DNA of 42,080 nt, from the NCBI RefSeq assembly GCF_001194135.2, contig NC_068997.1, positions 29,733,298 through 29,775,377 on the forward strand, in the 5' to 3' direction. The stretch is from Octopus bimaculoides (taxonomy: Eukaryota). Made by a program: the position numbers and the translations under genes. Shown here one piece after another: positions 36,001 to 42,080 of the stretch (positions are counted from its first letter, which is position 1; each line of letters opens with the position of its first letter). Under the pieces are notes generated by a model. The model was not told the origin of the DNA, ran no database searches, and saw only the letters and a program-made list of their open reading frames with translations.

Positions 36001-37249
36001 CTATCATTCATGCCTTTTCTTGTATATCACTCTATGCAGACATATATTTACTGGGGGAATGCAACTATGGATTCAGGAAGTCGACTTGTGGTAAGACTTC
36101 GATTTCGGATCTCACCTTGGGATTACATGGCATTCTATACCAATCTGAAAACCTTTTGTTAGTCTGGTGTATTTGTATTAGCAGAGAGCTTGAGAAATAT
36201 CTTTCCTAGGCTGATAATCCCTGATTAACAACTCTTTATATAAATATATAAAAAGTATAATTAATATTCGGTTGAATTAGGGACTTAAATTGAGGCACTT
36301 TGTTAGGTCGATCTAATTTGCACACCCAAACAATATCACGTGGATATCAAACTCTGTGCAGATGTGTTTGCACTTGATATTCTTGCAGTGTATGCAGATA
36401 ACACGACGCAACTTAGTGAACAGATACGCTCTTGGTTGTTCAGACATGTACTTTACATAAAATTACAAAAATACTTTCTATAAAGTTTCCGAAGTGCAGC
36501 AGATTCCAGATATTATGATTAAATAAACGTCTTTAGCTTTAAATAGTATAGATAGTATAGCTTTAACTATTACACCGGTTAAATATGTACTAATTTTATC
36601 TTCATTATTATTTTAAACTTAAACTTCGTTCAACTTGTATTTAAAACAATGATAATTTAAAACAATGATAATTTAGGTAAGATGTTTTTTGTATATACTA
36701 TATACATGTTATTATTATGGATGAAGGGATGATTATTGAATGGTTATTATTTTGATATTATGATATTTTTTAAATAATTTTTCTATCTTTATATAATAAG
36801 TATTTCATATTAATTCATTTGGTACTTATTGTTGGTTGAGATATATATCTAATTATNNNNNNNNNNNNNNNNNNNNNNNNNNNNNNNNNNNNNNNNNNNN
36901 NNNNNNNNNNNNNNNNNNNNNNNNNNNNNNNNNNNNNNNNNNNNNNNNNNNNNNNNNNNNNNNNNNNNNNNNNNNNNNNNNNNNNNNNNNNNNNNNNNNN
37001 NNNNNNNNNNNNNNNNNNNNNNNNNNNNNNNNNNNNNNNNNNNNNNNNNNNNNNNNNNNNNNNNNNNNNNNNNNNNNNNNNNNNNNNNNNNNNNNNNNNN
37101 NNNNNNNNNNNNNNNNNNNNNNNNNNNNNNNNNNNNNNNNNNNNNNNNNNNNNNNNNNNNNNNNNNNNNNNNNNNNNNNNNNNNNNNNNNNNNNNNNNNN
37201 NNNNNNNNNNNNNNNNNNNNNNNNNNNNNNNNNNNNNNNNNNNNNNNNN

Positions 37250-37308
<59 letters not shown>

Positions 37309-38022
37309 CAGGCAGAAAAAGAGAGACGCACGCACATATATGTTATGCTTGTGGATAGCGTTAAGTGTGACTAATTTTAAGCGGTAACATTTGCGTCGTC
37401 TGTTCTCACTGTAGGCAAGCAGAAATCAAGAGGTAATTTATCATAACTTCACTAAATTTAAATGTCACATTTGTAAGTGGCTAGACAGCAATTTATATAA
37501 TTGATTGTTTTAAGGCCATAAAGAAATGTAAATAGATAAAAATGAACAAACATAAGACGCTGGAAAACTAGCTGCTATCTTCGCTGGTGAGAGCTGATGC
37601 AGCAACCAACAAGTACTCGTGAAATGTTTGGAGTTAGACAAATTCGTCTACGTCAAGCAAAAACGCGGGATTTAACGGGAAATATGTATACAGTGTATTA
37701 CCAAATGTGTCTGATTTTGTGCAAATTTGTTTTTTGAAACGTTCTTCATTAGAAGACAGAGGTTGCGAATACAAACTCCACCTCTTTTCATTTTCTCTCG
37801 AAAAATTTCTTGGGATTCATATCGTATTTTCTGACATACAAGTCTAATGTTTCAGATCAAAAATGGTAGGTCAACCTATACACTTTGAAGGACCAAAAAT
37901 GCCACGTGAAATGCTGCAGAATTTGAGAAAAAGTGACAACATTTCAGTGTTTATACTACATGTTAACACCATATTCTACGTCGATTTGTATCCCAGAAAA
38001 TACGGTTTCCAACTAGTTTTTA

Positions 38023-38203
38023 ATTGATTAATGGAGACATTGCATCATTAGAAAAAACCGTTTGCATTAGGTGAGTACATGAACCACAACATTCAAAAGC
38101 CAGCGGCATGCGCACCTTCATGATTCTATGACCCTTTTGTAGTTCATGTATTGACCCGATGAAAACGTTTTTTTCTAATGATGTAATGTCTCCATTAATC
38201 AAT
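38023..38203. repeat. Fold-back, about 68-bp arms, about 45-nt spacer
   Basis: ATTGATTAATGGAGACATTGCATCATTAGAAAAAA... mirrored by ...TTTTTTCTAATGATGTAATGTCTCCATTAATCAAT. Confidence 0.9.
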
Positions 38204-38739
38204 CGAAGATTCATTGGAAACAGCTGTATTGAATTGACACATTATCCACCTGTTGTTATATATACATACATATATATATAATATAAATAATCAGAAAATG
38301 GAGAAAACTTCTGATCAACAAACAACACGATTGGACTACATCTAAAGCTTATTATTTAATATAAAACATGACATAACATTTATGTGACATAACAATCTTA
38401 CGGCCGTTTCTGCTTCCGATGCCAATCATTGCCTACAATGAATTGTGAAAATATTTTTTCATCTTCATAGGACACTCGGACTAGAACACGGAGCTTCATC
38501 AGACTTTATAGAAAAGCGTCCAAGTAAACAAAATGAAGAGGAAATAGGAAAGAAAACATGACCTAGAGAAGAATTCTGGAAGCTCAATAAATTAAAAACA
38601 TACAATCTACCATCATAGGGCTTCGAAGTCCGTAGGTAAAAGAGTGATCTAGCAATGGTCTAGGAAAAAAAAAATTCGGGATATTTCAATATAAAGGAGG
38701 GAACCAAGATATTTTAAAAGTTGTGAAAAGAAATTAGCA

Positions 38740-38798
<59 letters not shown>

Positions 38799-39899
38799 TA
38801 ATAATAATGATAATAATACAAGGAAATTTCTAACATGTCTATGAAAAGGCTTTACCTATGCTAACGTAAATAACTCCAGTTAATATTTATCCAAAACATT
38901 ACTGTAGGGATCTTAAGATAGTGTACTTAGAGAAATATTACAGAGAATACCAACTGTTGTCAGCAATGGGACAGATCTAAGTCCAGTGATCTCTACAATT
39001 GGTCAGTTATATTTGAACCGAGGGCGAACAAAATGACAGCTTCCAAATCCTGTTTCCTGACTGGGTGAAAATGAACAAACTTTAAACCACTATAGCTCTT
39101 AAAAAAAAAATTTTTCTGGAAAAAATGAAATATCTCCACCAATTCAGCTTAGAGAACTACATTAATGTACCAAATCTTTCAATAAACTTCGATTTTTTAA
39201 ATCTTGGCAGCCAAACGGAAAAGGTCCTCAATTCGAAATAAACGCTAGATATCTAATATAGCACAATACGATATATGATATGATTTCGTTACTTTAGCAA
39301 AAGACAAGCAACTTTAGGGGAAATAGTAAATCCATATCATCGACCCCAGCTAAGTACCAGATACTTATTTTACCGAATACTCTTCTGTGGTATTTGAACT
39401 CAGCATGTAAAGCTGGAAAAAATATCGCTAATCATTTTGTCCTGGCAACTCACCACCTTACCGTATCTAATATAATACAAATATTAATGACCTGTAGGGC
39501 CACCGTATTCCGTTATGCAGACATAATATACTACAAATTTCTTAAACGTTTTTATGATTCAATACTGTGTTCTACTGTGTTAGCAGTGCTATTAACACAA
39601 TCAGTGCTGGCTATAATTTCCAGAGAAAATTTGTAGTGATAACAATACGAGGTTCTCTTCTTTGTTTTCTTCAATTTTTGTTTAAAAGGCAAATTATGAT
39701 ATTCGTATTTTCTTAAGTGCGTCAGAGACGTCTGTGGAATGAAATGTCTACGATCAGAGATTGGAATAAAATAGCTGCTTCTTAACAAGTCGCATCAAGT
39801 CAGATATGTGTGTCTGCTCAAGTGAGATGGTAAGCGTCTCTAGTAAGCCATAGCAGATGCATGGTAGATTCAGTTTCCTTGTTACACTATCTGATTGTT

Positions 39900-40160
39900 G
39901 CTGTTAGGCGATGGAACCGCATGGATGATCTTTTCTTTGGTACAAGAAACCGTCTGCTGTGATTATACGGTACACTGATGGTTTTATGACGTCAGCTCAA
40001 CCTTAAGAGTCTCTCACCACCACCACCAAAGCAGCGGCGATTGGCGGAAACTGCAAAAGCCTCTTCTGTGTCCGTATGTATCTGTGTGTGTGAGTGCGTG
40101 TGTGTGCGTGCGTGTGTGTGCGTGCGTGCGTGTGTGTGTGTACGTGTCCGTCGTCCGTCC

Positions 40161-40191
<31 letters not shown>

Positions 40192-40430
40192 TCCGTCTGT
40201 GTGTGTGCATATGCTTCTTTACGTGCCTGTAACGGTATGTATGCTGACACCGCTTGGAAAACGCTACTGCCTGTTCATGTTCCGTGCCTCAGCGGTTCGT
40301 CAAAAAGGTTAATGAAATAAGTGCAAAACCTGTAAGACTATGCACTGGGGGTCGGTATGGTGGACCAAAACCTTTCAAGGCGGTGCTCCAGCATGGCCTC
40401 AATCCAATGATCGAAACAAGCAAGAATATT
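39900..40430 (+). mobile_element. Family D/C SINE, diverged
   Basis: GGCGGAAACTGCAAAAGCC, (GT)n, AGCGGTTCGTCAAAA...GGCGGTGCTCCAGCATGGCC. Confidence 0.6.
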
Positions 40431-40595
40431 TAAAGCCGAACCTATTTACTAGGTTGCTGTTGTTGTTGTTGTTGTTTGGTCCATGATCGAATATGATCAG
40501 AGCTGGCCATCCGTGACCATCCCTCTCGCTATGACTACATTGCTCCATATGCCCTTTCAACCCCCTTTTTTTTTCTTCTTTCGAAAACCCTAGAC

Positions 40596-40759
40596 CACTG
40601 GTTCTCAACCTTTTTCCTACCAAGGACCCCTTTTATTTAAATAAGTATTCCCATGGACCCCAGGATATTGAAAAGTCTGTCAGCTTAACATGTTCACGGA
40701 GCCCCAGTACTACCGTTGTAGAGTACCAGGGTCCGCAGACCACAGGTGGGGAACCACTT
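40596..40759. mobile_element. hAT (Charlie-like) MITE, 164 bp
   Basis: Perfect 8-bp TSD CCCTAGAC at 40588-40595 and 40760-40767; termini CACTGGTTCTCAACC and (reverse complement) AAGTGGTTCCCCACC. Confidence 0.85.
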
Positions 40760-41384
40760 CCCTAGACTGTGGTTTGAGAGAGATTTAACTGCTATTTCTT
40801 CGCAGTCACATGTATTCATTCCACATAGTGTCACATTGTAGTTTATGCAAGGGCGGGGCAAGGGCGGCACTTTTAAGTCTGCAGTATAAAGCTGTATAGA
40901 CTTTGGGGCACTGGTGTGGTGGTGAGAATTCAAAAGCTGCCTCAGGCGGCACACATTCTAGCTCCGCCATTGAGGTCACCTCGGCCGTCTTCTGTCACGC
41001 GTTAGAAGTGGAATTTAGTACGTAGGTACCGTGCGGCAGCCGGCAGTAAACTTGTGTATGTTTGTATGTGTGTGTAACTATGTGTGTGTTTGTGTGCCTG
41101 TGTGCGTGTGCATGTGTGTGTGTGTGCATGCGTGCACGCTTGTGTGTTTGTATGCCCTCGCATACACACACATACATTTGCGCTCGACCAGATACAATCT
41201 TATCAAAGAGCTCTCATGTTACAAAGTATTAATAGATTCGCTCAGATGATAAAAATATTGAAGTGGGGGAAAAAATAGAATAAAGATAACGATGTCCCCC
41301 TTCAAACCACTTTACATTCTTGACTTGATTGTACTTGTTTCGTGGTGTGTGTGTGTGTGTGTACGTTTGTGTATATGTCTGTAT

Positions 41385-41560
41385 ATGTCGCTTGACAACC
41401 GATGGTGGTGTGATTACGTCTCCGTAACTTAGCGGTTCGGCAAAAGAGACCGATAGAATAAGTTCTAGGCTTATAAAGAATAAGTCGTGGGATCGATTTC
41501 TTCGACTAAAGGCGGTGCTCCAGCATGGCCGCAGTCAAATGACTGAAAAAAGAGTAATGA
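41385..41560 (+). mobile_element. Family C SINE 3' half
   Basis: CGCTTGACAACCGATGG...GGCGGTGCTCCAGCATGGCCGCAGTCAAATGACTGAAA; matches the 10700-10790 segment in reverse. Head fragments also at about 7660-7810 and 26835-26950 (-). Confidence 0.8.
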
Positions 41561-41580
41561 GTAAGAGTATACATATATAC

Positions 41581-41613
<33 letters not shown>

Positions 41614-41948
41614 CACTTCTCACCAACACAACACACTCACACAGACACGCATACAATCGCACACACATGGGCATAAACAACACACGTACATACAATAGAA
41701 AACGCACGCACACACACGTACACAGCAACGCACATATACACAACATACACATACACACAAACACACACGCACGCACAAAAACATACACATACACACACGC
41801 GCACGTACAAAACACACACACACACGCACCCAACACCTACAACTCCACACAAACACACACATACTCAAAAACTGCCTGCTGACCCGCCACTCACCATTGT
41901 CCATAAGCACCCACTAACTATTCCTGCTACTAATTCCTTCCACTACGT

Positions 41949-41982
<34 letters not shown>

Positions 41983-42080
41983 CACAAACACACATACACA
42001 CTAACAGATAAACCACCAAACCATGCACACACAGACACACACACACACACACATATACATACGCACACACACGTTCTGTT

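Noticed and set aside
29778-37387. Long ORF-track entries with X runs and all CV/HT/YI-repeat ORFs
   Set aside because: Products of N gaps and di- or tetranucleotide microsatellites.
1-42080. Second FMO paralogue in tandem, CRISPR array or prokaryotic-type system
   Set aside because: No additional FMO motifs seen on either strand, no regular repeat-spacer array, and the sequence is intron-rich animal DNA.

Overview
Animal genomic DNA: AT-rich, microsatellite-dense, with five N gaps. The SINE and microsatellite content looks like an octopus (coleoid cephalopod) assembly, which is an inference from repeat recognition. The only gene I can support is a complete 5-exon flavin-containing monooxygenase (FMO) on the minus strand: join(32407..32211, 23743..23605, 20039..19900, 12848..12671, 10138..9512), 1281 nt, 426 aa plus stop. 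All introns are GT-AG with matching phases (2,0,2,0). Exon 3 is absent from the supplied ORF track and was found by reading the sequence. The protein is the short type without a C-terminal membrane anchor. The rest is intronic or intergenic: several SINE-like families, an internally deleted DD37D (maT) Tc1/mariner, three piggyBac-type MITEs, a hAT MITE with a perfect 8-bp TSD, CR1 and L2-like LINE relics, and three unrelated fold-back elements. I found no new biological system I can demonstrate. The best leads are dsRNA-forming structures in the FMO pre-mRNA, a duplicated hairpin element with a perfect 40-nt core in intron 1, and an apparent CpG-depletion boundary near 24.3 kb.
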